Shown here piece by piece: positions 39,200 through 48,041 of a stretch of DNA of 64,000 nucleotides. How positions within the stretch are numbered: position 1 is the first letter of the stretch; every line of letters begins with the position of its first letter. Source of the stretch: Bacteroidota bacterium. Lineage in GTDB: Bacteria > Bacteroidota > Ignavibacteria > Kapaibacteriales > Kapaibacteriaceae. Location: positions 55,692 to 119,691 of the forward strand of contig JBEAYU010000042.1 in the NCBI GenBank assembly GCA_041170435.1. Direction: 5' to 3'. Position numbers and translations under genes: made by a program. The notes below the pieces were generated by a model. It searched no databases, was not told where the DNA came from, and worked only from the letters and a program-made list of their open reading frames with translations.

Positions 39200-39432
39200 A
39201 ATTTCTTCTTGAGCCCATCGATGTCGGATTGCGCAACGGACAACCTGAAATCATCTGCTGGAGAGGGGGCGCCTACGATGTCGAGCAAGTGCTCGACCGT
39301 TGGTCAGCTCGAGGTCCATGGTGGGGTGATGACGAGCAGCGGCGATATCTGCTGCTGATCACCACAAGCGGTGTGATGGAGATCTTTCACAGCAGCCTTC
39401 AAGGCTGGATGCTTTCGCGCATCTTTGACTGA
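39196..39432 (+). CDS. 78-aa protein coupled between imuB-like and dnaE2; resembles the extreme C-terminal module of full-length ImuB proteins
   Basis: ATGA overlap with the imuB-like stop, and its end overlaps the dnaE2 start region. Contains the W-rich segment RWSARGPWWGDDEQRRYLLLITTSGVMEIFHS...GWMLSRIFD. Confidence 0.45.
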   Translation: MKFLLEPIDVGLRNGQPEIICWRGGAYDVEQVLDRWSARGPWWGDDEQRRYLLLITTSGVMEIFHSSLQGWMLSRIFD

Positions 39433-42400
39433 GCGTACAATGTTCGGATCACTGCATACGCGCTCTCACTTTTCGTTTCTCGACGGCGGCTCAAGCGTCG
39501 AGGCGCTGGTCGATGTGGCTCATGAATTGGGACATGATGCTCTTGCCATCACCGATGTCCACGGCGTCTATGCGGCCGTCCGACATCAACGCGCATGCCG
39601 CAGACGTGGCATCAGGCCGCTGATCGGCATCGATGTTCCGATCATGGTACAGGAATCGACCTACGTCGATGTCAGCGTCATTGCCCGCAACGATGAGGGA
39701 TATCGTGCGATCTGCCGTCTCAGCACTCGGTTGCATGAGAGTAAGGGGCTAGCCATGCCGGAGCTTTGGCAACTCGAGGCCCTTGGCCTGACTGAGCTTC
39801 AGAACTGTTTCGTGATCCTACACATGCTGAGCGGTCCAAGCCAGCATGTGACGGCCGTGCTAGACGAGCTACAACAGCGCGGCATGGATCATCTGTATGC
39901 CGGCCTTGCTCATGATGGACGCCCTTGGGCAGTGCGCAGAATTCATGCAATGGCCGCACTGGCAGGTGAGCGCTCCGTGCCGCTGGTTGCAGCACAAGAT
40001 GTGCGTTATGCTCGGCGTGATGACTATGCGGCGCACGATCTGATGGTCTGCATTCGTGAGGGCATGACCATCCATGATCCCCATCCTTTGCGGCCCGTGC
40101 ACGACCGTCAGTGTCTGCGCCGTGAGGCGGACCTACAGAAGCTTATCCCCTATCCGGAGGCCTTTGGGAACGTCGGCAGGATCATCCACGAGTGCAGATT
40201 CGACCTGCTTCCGGAGCATATCACGCCCCCTGCCGCACGCATCCCCGATGGCCAGACATCCCGTCAGGTGCTTCGTCAGATGTGCCTCGATATGTTTGAT
40301 GACCGTTATGGCAGTGTCTCGGACGAGACACGCCGCAGAGCTTCAGAGCTTCTTGAGCATGAGCTCACCGTGATAGCCGACCTTGATCTGTCAGACTTCT
40401 TCCTGGTCGTTCACGAAGTCGTCGAACACGCCCGCAGGCGAGGCATCCGCACGAGTGGAAGGGGCTCGGCGGCCAACTCCGTGGTGGCCTACGTGCTCGG
40501 CATCACGGGCGTTTGTCCTGTGGAGCATCATCTGCTGTTCGAGAGATTTCTGCATCGTGGACGCAAGGGCACGCCCGACATAGACGTGGACTTCGACAGT
40601 GAGCGCCGAGGCGAAGTGCTGGCCTGGATGGAAGAGCGTTTTGGCCTTGAACAGACGGCTATGACGGCAACGATCATCACCTACCGCATTCGCATGGCGA
40701 TCCGCGACGCTGCCAAGGCCTTGGGTTGGCCGGAGGAGACCGTTCGTGCACTGTCGAAGTCGGTACCCGGCTACACGAACAACTGCGTAGAGACCTACCG
40801 CAAAGAGCTTGCCGGCGTCATCGGCCGGATACCCATGCTCGATATTCTGATCAAGGCTGCAACGCTATTGCTTGATCAACCACGCCATCTTGGACAACAT
40901 TCCGGTGGCATGGTACTGTCGAGCAAGCCCCTTGAAAACTTCACTCCGGTGCAGCGATCTGCCAACGGTGTGGCCGTCGTGCAGTTCGACAAGGACGATG
41001 TTGAGGCCCTTGGACTGGTCAAGTTCGACGTGCTCGGTCTGCGAATGCTGGCATGCATCAGCGAGTGCCTCGAACTGATCGAACGTCACACCGGATCGGC
41101 GCCGGACATCGACCGGTTGCCTCTGGATGATGTCAAGACGTTTGAGACCATTCGCAGCGGTCGCACGCTGGGTGTGTTCCAGATCGAATCACAGGGTCAG
41201 ATGCATCTGCTGGCCAAGCATCAGCCGGAAAACTTCGCCGATCTGATCACAGAGGTGGCTCTGTTCCGTCCGGGTCCGCTGCAAGGGGGCATGGTGCACC
41301 CCTACATCAAACGACGGCGCGGACAGGAACCGATCAGCTATCCACATCCCGACCTCGAGCCGATCCTGTCGGATACCTTAGGAATCGTGCTGTTCCAGGA
41401 ACAGGTGCTCGAGATCGCCCATCGATTCGCCGGCATGTCGCTTGAAGACGCCGATGATTTCCGCTCTTTGGTGTCGAAAAATCGGAATCGTGAACTGATG
41501 GCCTCAATGCGCGATCGTTTCGTTCAGGGGGCTTGCAGCCGCGGTGTCGATATGGCCAGTGCAGAAGAGGTCTACGAGATCGTCTCGCACTTCGTCGGAT
41601 ACGGCTTCTGCCGCTCTCATGCCGCTGCGTTTGCCAAGATCGTCTATCAGAGCGCATCGCTCAAAACGCACCACACGGCCGCCTACATGGCAGCATTCAT
41701 GCAGCATCGGCCGGGGATGTACAACCTCATGACCTTGCACGAGGAGTGCCGCCGCTGGGGTGTTCAGGTGCTAGCATGTGACGTGTCGCGTTCAGGACTT
41801 CGCTATGACATCGAGCAGGATGCAAGTGGACGGTTTGCCATTCGTAGCCCACTTACGGCCATCCGAAACGTCAGTGCCGAAGCGGCACGGTCGATCATCT
41901 GGCAGCGTGCACTCGCCCCCTTCCAGAGCGTAGAAGACCTCGTCACTCGTCTGCCCGATGTGCCGCGCGATACTCTTGAATGCATCGCCATGGCAGGGGC
42001 CATGCAAGGTCTGGAGCCCGATGCACGCCGTGCCGCTTGGATCGTTGGCGTGGTCCGTCAGCGGATGGCTCGCCAAGATGCGCATAGGCCACAGCTGTTT
42101 GAATTGCCGAATCTGCACCCGAATGATGTGCCGGCATTGCCACCGCTCAGAGCGCAAGAGCGTCTGGCCTACGACTACATCATGCAGGGGGCTGCCCGGG
42201 TCCACCCCATGACGCTGTACCGACGCTCGATGATGTCACTTGAAATTCGTACGGTCGAGACGATCTGTCGGCTACCACCTCAGAGCAAACTCCAGGTGAC
42301 CGTTGCCGGCATCGTGATCCTCAGGCAGGCACCGCCGACGGCAAAAGGCATGCTGTTTATCACCCTTGAAGATGAGACTGGCTTTCTGCAGTGCGCCGTA

Positions 42401-42646
42401 CCCCCGGCCGTGCGGGAACACTTCCGGCAACAGTTGCGCTCATCGGCACTATTGCTGCGTGGAACGCTTCACGGCATTGGCTCGTGGAGAAGCATCATGG
42501 TCTCGGACGTGCGCGTGCTCACAAGCGTCATCGGTGGCTATCACGGACATCTGTCGTATGCCGGAGGGCAGGACACGCTGGAAGTGGGGCAGGATCCCGG
42601 GTTGACCGTCATCCCGAAGGGGGCGCCCCATGAACTCGTCCGTTGA
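39425..42646 (+). CDS. dnaE2: Error-prone DNA polymerase III alpha-like subunit DnaE2
   Basis: PHP domain start (LHTRSHFSFLDGGS), the polymerase core (GRGSAANSVVAYVLGIT, PDIDVDF, FDVLGL) and an OB fold at the C-terminus. The 1073-aa size is typical of DnaE2. An alternative start is ATG 39440. Confidence 0.92.
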   Translation: MTERTMFGSLHTRSHFSFLDGGSSVEALVDVAHELGHDALAITDVHGVYAAVRHQRACRRRGIRPLIGIDVPIMVQESTYVDVSVIARNDEGYRAICRLSTRLHESKGLAMPELWQLEALGLTELQNCFVILHMLSGPSQHVTAVLDELQQRGMDHLYAGLAHDGRPWAVRRIHAMAALAGERSVPLVAAQDVRYARRDDYAAHDLMVCIREGMTIHDPHPLRPVHDRQCLRREADLQKLIPYPEAFGNVGRIIHECRFDLLPEHITPPAARIPDGQTSRQVLRQMCLDMFDDRYGSVSDETRRRASELLEHELTVIADLDLSDFFLVVHEVVEHARRRGIRTSGRGSAANSVVAYVLGITGVCPVEHHLLFERFLHRGRKGTPDIDVDFDSERRGEVLAWMEERFGLEQTAMTATIITYRIRMAIRDAAKALGWPEETVRALSKSVPGYTNNCVETYRKELAGVIGRIPMLDILIKAATLLLDQPRHLGQHSGGMVLSSKPLENFTPVQRSANGVAVVQFDKDDVEALGLVKFDVLGLRMLACISECLELIERHTGSAPDIDRLPLDDVKTFETIRSGRTLGVFQIESQGQMHLLAKHQPENFADLITEVALFRPGPLQGGMVHPYIKRRRGQEPISYPHPDLEPILSDTLGIVLFQEQVLEIAHRFAGMSLEDADDFRSLVSKNRNRELMASMRDRFVQGACSRGVDMASAEEVYEIVSHFVGYGFCRSHAAAFAKIVYQSASLKTHHTAAYMAAFMQHRPGMYNLMTLHEECRRWGVQVLACDVSRSGLRYDIEQDASGRFAIRSPLTAIRNVSAEAARSIIWQRALAPFQSVEDLVTRLPDVPRDTLECIAMAGAMQGLEPDARRAAWIVGVVRQRMARQDAHRPQLFELPNLHPNDVPALPPLRAQERLAYDYIMQGAARVHPMTLYRRSMMSLEIRTVETICRLPPQSKLQVTVAGIVILRQAPPTAKGMLFITLEDETGFLQCAVPPAVREHFRQQLRSSALLLRGTLHGIGSWRSIMVSDVRVLTSVIGGYHGHLSYAGGQDTLEVGQDPGLTVIPKGAPHELVR

Positions 42647-42777
42647 TCGCCAAAGCGGCGCCTCCGGCCGATCGCGGATCCGATAACAACCTTGATTCCG
42701 GCTGATGGAATCGCTCTGAGATACATCCAGACCGAGCTATAACACCAATGGTATCATGCGGCAGGGCTTAGTCTTTA

Positions 42778-44141
42778 CTAGAACGAATAGCTGGTAAACA
42801 AATGTGCCCCGTACATCAAGAAAGACGCACGTCCAACAGAAAACAAATATCTCACTAATTGAAATGGCACATTGTGTGTAACAGACGCAATAGAGTCATA
42901 CAGACCAAGTTGATACATTCCGAATCCGCGCATGCCCACGAAAAAAGATCTTGATAGCGCAATGCTCGCACTTACGTTCAAAGACGCATCAAACGTCACA
43001 CCTGGGCCGAAGCTTGTAAAGTTCCTTTCTGCAAGAAAGGTGCGTGCCCGGTAGTGCACGTACGAGGAGCCAAGTGCAATCGTGGTCGACAATCCAATTC
43101 GATTGTAGCCAATGCTATCGATAGGGACAAGATGCCATGTACCCAAGATCAGCAGGGTAAAAGAATCAGAGCCGATCGAGTTTTGCTGAGACGAGTCATT
43201 TATCGTCGGTGGCTGAGCTTGAACCAACAGCCTAGCCCCAATATCGAAGGGCTGACTATGAAGCGTGACAGCTCTATGCCGGTGGAATACGTCACAGGCT
43301 GGTAACTCAAATCAATGTCCGTGATCAAGCCTCGCGACGATTGAACGGCAGAAGCACTCGACCTCGTAATAGATGCCATAGCACCGCCAAAGACTGTAAG
43401 AGTCCAGACATTCGATCTCGGACAGACACTGGAACGCGGCGCACCATCATTGCTATCGTCTAGAAGAACCGAGATACACGATTCAATCTCAGGTGGTACA
43501 TACCACATGTATACTCTGGCTTCGCTCACGATCCGGATTGCAGTCCGAAACTTCGGGATCTCTCCATCTATGAACATCCAACCTGGTGGCTCGCCCTCAA
43601 TCACACGCGAGACATTGACAATCTGAGCCACCGGAATACAAACGAAAGCGCGTGCCTGCAGATCCGTCTGAGGAACAAATGTGGAATCGCTCGATAAGAG
43701 CAAACTTTCGTCCGAAACAGCCAGCGGAACCCCTGTTCTTACAGAACCGTCAGTAAGCCGAACTGATATCAGCGGAACAGGCTGACGATAGATCTGCGTC
43801 GGAGAAACACGGTCAAGAATCTTTCGTAACTGCTTGTCGCCGACAAACATATCATTCTCACCGTCGAGCAACTGCTCGTAGTCCCGGATGTAACGATTTA
43901 AGATGGGAACTTCATCGGGAGAAAACTTGACTGTGTAAACGACTGTGTCATCACGCATACCAACCAGCGAGACCCCTACATCATTGATCACCAACACAGA
44001 GTCAACGTCAACCCGATTGCGCGGAATGCCGAAGTACCTCCTCTCGTTGATAGAGAGACTCGTACCGACACGAGCAAGCTGAGCTACCACACATGGAGCT
44101 GATACACTTAAGAGTGCGATCACCATAAGCAAGTGAATCAT
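42778..44141 (-). pseudogene. Frameshifted paralogue of the 456-aa secreted/barrel protein (ORFs 43200..44141 and 42778..43227)
   Basis: The 313-aa ORF aligns to residues 1-~300 of the 45053..46423 product, and the 149-aa ORF aligns to its C-terminal ~150 aa. Adding one G to the GGG run at 43249-43251 (plus strand) gives the continuous reading IVSPFDIGARLLVQAQPP, which parallels YVSELHDIGLRAMLVVQPP. Confidence 0.6.
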
Positions 44142-44860
44142 GGACTAACCGAGACGATCTGTTCAAATGGTCCTACGATCTGAGTTAGCTCGATGCCGTC
44201 ACTGAATAGGTATGGACCGTATTCAACCCTAACACGTTGTACTTGAACTCCGATTTTCGCCTCTCCATCAATCGCCCCAGCCAAGTCAGACGGCTTGAAC
44301 GTCAGCTGTGTCGTACCGACACCCTTGAACGTCCGCTTGGCAACTGCGATGGGCGGTCCAGACAGATTGTAGATAATGACTTCAATGGTCTCAAATTCTC
44401 TTATCGGAGGGGACACCTCAATGTTGAGACCGGTCGTTCGGGAAGCTTGACCTGACATTTTGAAACTGCTCAATAGATCAAGCGGGACGTCAACTCCAGT
44501 GGTAAGCCCTTCTGGACTGACATACTCGATAGAGATAACGGGCATGAGACCCCCAACGCTTAGTTCACCATTGCCATACGGGAAGCCTTTCTCCAAATCC
44601 CACCTCACGCTATTGACAACTAATGTAGCATTGAGAATCGATTCGAGCTTGAGCCCACTACGCCCCTTTCGCGCACTCATCAAAACCTGATAGCCGGAGC
44701 GTTTGTAATCAGGTGACGCTTGGATCGCAAGAAACGCCCTCCGCAGAGTATCACGGCGCTTATCCTGCATCACCGAGGGATCGGTGAGCCCGACGTAGTG
44801 ACTACATGAGACAACACATAGCATGAATGCGGTAACGCAACAGCCATACACTTTTGCCAT
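44138..44860 (-). CDS. Putative lipoprotein, unknown family (module copy 1)
   Basis: Signal peptide ending in a lipobox-like VVSC. It is paralogous to 46420..47154 (shared CSHY.G.TDPSV and LFSDGIELTQ). The stop overlaps the downstream start (ATGA 44138-44141). Confidence 0.6.
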   Translation of the reverse strand: MAKVYGCCVTAFMLCVVSCSHYVGLTDPSVMQDKRRDTLRRAFLAIQASPDYKRSGYQVLMSARKGRSGLKLESILNATLVVNSVRWDLEKGFPYGNGELSVGGLMPVISIEYVSPEGLTTGVDVPLDLLSSFKMSGQASRTTGLNIEVSPPIREFETIEVIIYNLSGPPIAVAKRTFKGVGTTQLTFKPSDLAGAIDGEAKIGVQVQRVRVEYGPYLFSDGIELTQIVGPFEQIVSVSP

Positions 44861-45052
44861 AAACTTCTCAATCTGCTAATTAATGGTCGCTTAAAAAGAC
44901 AAAGAATGAGATCGACATTCGAACTTGATGTTCTTGGGTCAGATCCACCCCATTTCTAATGAAGCGACGAGCCTCGCAATTCCGTTCCTGCTCTCCTGCC
45001 CAAGATAGCGAGGTGCCGTGGAACTACTCCGCGAAAACAGACTCTTGCTAGC

Positions 45053-46423
45053 TCAGTCGATAGTATAAGTCAGATAGAGCTGTGCTCCAGCAAATACCGT
45101 AAACTGTCGAGGAATCGAAAAAAATGCTTCCCAAGGCTTTGCATATGGCATTTCGTCTACAATGCTCTCAACATAATGACCAAGCCCATGCTGATACATC
45201 GAACATCCCCGCAAGCCAATAATGAAGGATGTTGAAATCGGCACCTGCAAGCTTAGGCTCAAAGCAACATCAAGTGCAAGACCACTGCCAGACGTGGTCA
45301 GGTTCCTGGCATCACGATAGGTGCGGCCTCTGTATGAGAGAAATGACGGCCCAACACCAAGGGTTGCAGATAGGCCGACAGAGTTATATCCGATGATGTC
45401 AGATGGTACAATATGCCACGTGCCAAGTACGTGCACCGAGTAAGCATCCATTCCAAGGGAGTTTTGTGCCGCAGAATCATGCACAGTTGGAGGCTGGACC
45501 ACAAGCATTGCACGCAGCCCAATGTCATGGAGTTCGCTCACATACATCGACGCCTCGATACCAGACGAAAACGATAACTGCTGAAAGTTTAGTGCAACAG
45601 TTCGAAATCTACTTACAGATGGCAACTCAACAACAGCTTCTGGTCGTAACATCGTAGAAATGACCCCACTAAACGCGGTCACATATGGACTAGTAGAGCG
45701 CGGACATACTTTTGATGATTGGGCATACACAAGTTGCTCACTATTGGCGGCAGTAATGCAATCCTCGAACTCGGGTGGAAAGTTCTGCTCGTATGACAAC
45801 GTCATGTTGGCAAGTCGCGCAGCCGTTTGAAACAAGGTGTAATCACCTCGCACCACGAACCACCTCGGAGATGCCTTGCCAACATCGGGAGTTAGGTTCT
45901 CGATGAGCGTGACAGGAATACATGTAAACCTCCCTTGCTGCAGATCAACAACAGGATCAAACGACTCGCCTTCTGTGATAAGCAAGTTATCGTTTGTTGC
46001 AACCAGAGGAATGCCCGTTTTGACAGAACCGGTTGATAGTCGGACAGAGATTTTTCTGACATTCATTTCCAGGAACTGGCGAGGCGCGACTCGACCTAGA
46101 ATCCTTCGCATGGTGGTATCACTGATGAAGAGATCTGTTTGACTGGCCAAGAGTGTTTCGTAATCACGCAGGTATCGTTCAAGGGTCGGCACTTCATCAG
46201 GTAAGAAAACGACAGAATCCACTATGGAGTCTCGACGCATTCCCAGGAATGTCACCCCTACCCTTCTGTCGACCTTCATTGAATCATAACTACCCTTCCG
46301 ACGCCCAATTCCGAAATACATCCTCGTGTTATCCGAAATCGTTCCGCCCAATCGTGGCAACTGGGCTACGACGGTCACAGCTGATATCAGAGTCATGACG
46401 AGAATCAGGAGCAATCTATTCAT
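45053..46423 (-). CDS. Secreted protein, unknown N-terminal domain + C-terminal beta-barrel-like domain (module copy 2, intact)
   Basis: Signal peptide MNRLLLILVMTLISAVTVVAQ. The last ~190 aa show alternating hydrophobic/polar strand-like segments (YVTAFSGVIST, AYSVHVLGTWHIV, GLALDVALSLSLQV, FTVFAGAQLYLTY). Confidence 0.6.
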   Translation of the reverse strand: MNRLLLILVMTLISAVTVVAQLPRLGGTISDNTRMYFGIGRRKGSYDSMKVDRRVGVTFLGMRRDSIVDSVVFLPDEVPTLERYLRDYETLLASQTDLFISDTTMRRILGRVAPRQFLEMNVRKISVRLSTGSVKTGIPLVATNDNLLITEGESFDPVVDLQQGRFTCIPVTLIENLTPDVGKASPRWFVVRGDYTLFQTAARLANMTLSYEQNFPPEFEDCITAANSEQLVYAQSSKVCPRSTSPYVTAFSGVISTMLRPEAVVELPSVSRFRTVALNFQQLSFSSGIEASMYVSELHDIGLRAMLVVQPPTVHDSAAQNSLGMDAYSVHVLGTWHIVPSDIIGYNSVGLSATLGVGPSFLSYRGRTYRDARNLTTSGSGLALDVALSLSLQVPISTSFIIGLRGCSMYQHGLGHYVESIVDEMPYAKPWEAFFSIPRQFTVFAGAQLYLTYTID

Positions 46424-47154
46424 GGCGTAACTGCCACATACTGATATAGACTTCCCTGGCTCTGGGTTAACTCAATGCCATCGCTGAATAGAACGTTATG
46501 AAATGCTACACTCTTTCGATCCAACCCAACAGAGATTTCCTTATCACTTTGGATCTGGTCAACAAACTCCGCGGCAGCGACATTAAGAGTTGACAATCCA
46601 GCACCCTGAAATACGCGTGACGCTAAGCGCTTAAACGTACCGACCGATTTATACACACTCACTTCGATGATCTCCCCCTGATTCAGTGCTGGCGAAATCG
46701 TGACCACAAGTCCGGATGTCTTCGAAGCGACGAAGGTACGCGTGTACAACTGACGTGGCGCAAGGTCGAACCGGGTTCTCTTAAGTGATTCACCTGGGCC
46801 TTGGAATCCAATCTCAAGTATTGTCGTGCCGACCGGTAAGGAAATCTGGTCAGACGGGCCTCGAAATGGAAATCCGTAGGTTAAGCCTCGCTTGACGCCG
46901 TTGACATACAGATAGGATCTACGAAGTGATTCGATTTCGGGTCCATTACGGCCGTGACGCGCTACCATCGTCACTGAATGTTGTTCTGATGGATACAGCA
47001 ACTCTGTGCGTATTGCAAGGAACACAGACCTGTTTGTATCTGTGTCTGTTCCCTCATCATCTGCAACTGATGGGTCTGTTTCGCCTATGTAATGGCTACA
47101 TGACAAGCACAACAACAGCAAGGCGATTGTTACAAACGGAAACAAGTGTTTCAT
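46420..47154 (-). CDS. Putative lipoprotein, unknown family (module copy 2)
   Basis: Signal peptide ending in a lipobox-like CLSC, followed by an acidic linker (ADDEGTDTDTN). The stop overlaps the downstream start (ATGA 46420-46423). Confidence 0.6.
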   Translation of the reverse strand: MKHLFPFVTIALLLLCLSCSHYIGETDPSVADDEGTDTDTNRSVFLAIRTELLYPSEQHSVTMVARHGRNGPEIESLRRSYLYVNGVKRGLTYGFPFRGPSDQISLPVGTTILEIGFQGPGESLKRTRFDLAPRQLYTRTFVASKTSGLVVTISPALNQGEIIEVSVYKSVGTFKRLASRVFQGAGLSTLNVAAAEFVDQIQSDKEISVGLDRKSVAFHNVLFSDGIELTQSQGSLYQYVAVTP

Positions 47155-47276
47155 ACATCATTAGTACGAGAATAAAACAAGCTTCTCAGTGCAAAAGTAC
47201 AACAGGCAGATGATAAGAAGTGTCACCCACTACTCATCCATCTCAATGAAACGCCCATTGATGATAGTTTTGCCTG

Positions 47277-48041
47277 ATGTCACGGCTGCGCATGCTCATC
47301 GAGTACGACGGAACCGACTACGTTGGCTGGCAACGCCAGAGCAATGGCGTTTCCGTGCAGCAGCGCGTGGAAGAAGCCCTCTCAATAGCGTATGGCGTTC
47401 CATGCATCATTCATGGGGCTGGCAGAACCGACGCTGGGGTGCATGCCAGCGGACAGTGCGCACATGTCGAACTTCCGGCCGGAGCTCATCAGATACCGAT
47501 CGAGAAGGCGGTTGTGGCCATCAACACTCGCCTGCCAAAGGATGTTCGCATCCTGAGCGTTCAACGAGTTCACGATGGCTTTCATGCAAGGTTCGATGCG
47601 ATCTGGCGTGAGTACGTCTACTCGATCGCCATCGAACCGAGTGTGTTCAACCGGCTGACGTCATGGCATCCGGATCTTCCGTACGACCGTGAGCTCTTCG
47701 AAGAAGCTCTCTGCCATATGCGTGGACGACACAACTTCACGGCGTTCTCAAAGTCCAATCCCGATACCACAAGCTATGTCTGCGACCTGCAGATCTGCCA
47801 GACTCGGATCAACGGCGGGATATTGGAAGTCCGACTACGGGCTGACCGGTTTGTGTATGGTATGTGCAGAGCCATCATTGGAGCATCCATGTCCGTTGCA
47901 CGTCAACGGCTTAGCATCGAAGAGTTGATCGCGCTGCGAGACTCGGCCGAACGGCGCATACCACCCTCTCTTGCACCAGCACATGGCCTCTGCCTGGTAG
48001 GCGTTGGCTACGAACGAGACCCGGCTAGAGCCATTACTTAA
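47277..48041 (+). CDS. truA: tRNA pseudouridine(38-40) synthase TruA
   Basis: MLIEYDGTDYVGWQRQ and the catalytic-Asp context GAGRTDAGVHA. Confidence 0.93.
   Translation: MSRLRMLIEYDGTDYVGWQRQSNGVSVQQRVEEALSIAYGVPCIIHGAGRTDAGVHASGQCAHVELPAGAHQIPIEKAVVAINTRLPKDVRILSVQRVHDGFHARFDAIWREYVYSIAIEPSVFNRLTSWHPDLPYDRELFEEALCHMRGRHNFTAFSKSNPDTTSYVCDLQICQTRINGGILEVRLRADRFVYGMCRAIIGASMSVARQRLSIEELIALRDSAERRIPPSLAPAHGLCLVGVGYERDPARAIT

Larger units (their letters stand above)
42647..47276. other. Low-GC island holding two tandem copies of a lipoprotein + barrel-protein module
   Basis: Hand-counted 60-nt samples at 42781, 43801, 45061 and 46501 give 42-47% GC. Samples in flanking dnaE2 (42541) and truA (47401) give 63-65%. 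Confidence 0.6.

Noticed and set aside
39190-39200. The 78-aa ORF could be a simple frameshift fragment of imuB, to be annotated as a pseudogene.
   Set aside because: It has its own ATG in the same ATGA stop/start overlap used by many intact operons in this window, and its end is again coupled to dnaE2. It is kept as a separate CDS but flagged for read-level verification.
42647-47276. The low-GC island could be a classical integrative mobile element.
   Set aside because: There is no integrase, transposase, phage or conjugation gene. It has no flanking direct or inverted repeats that I could see, and it is not adjacent to a tRNA. It is retained as a compositional island only.
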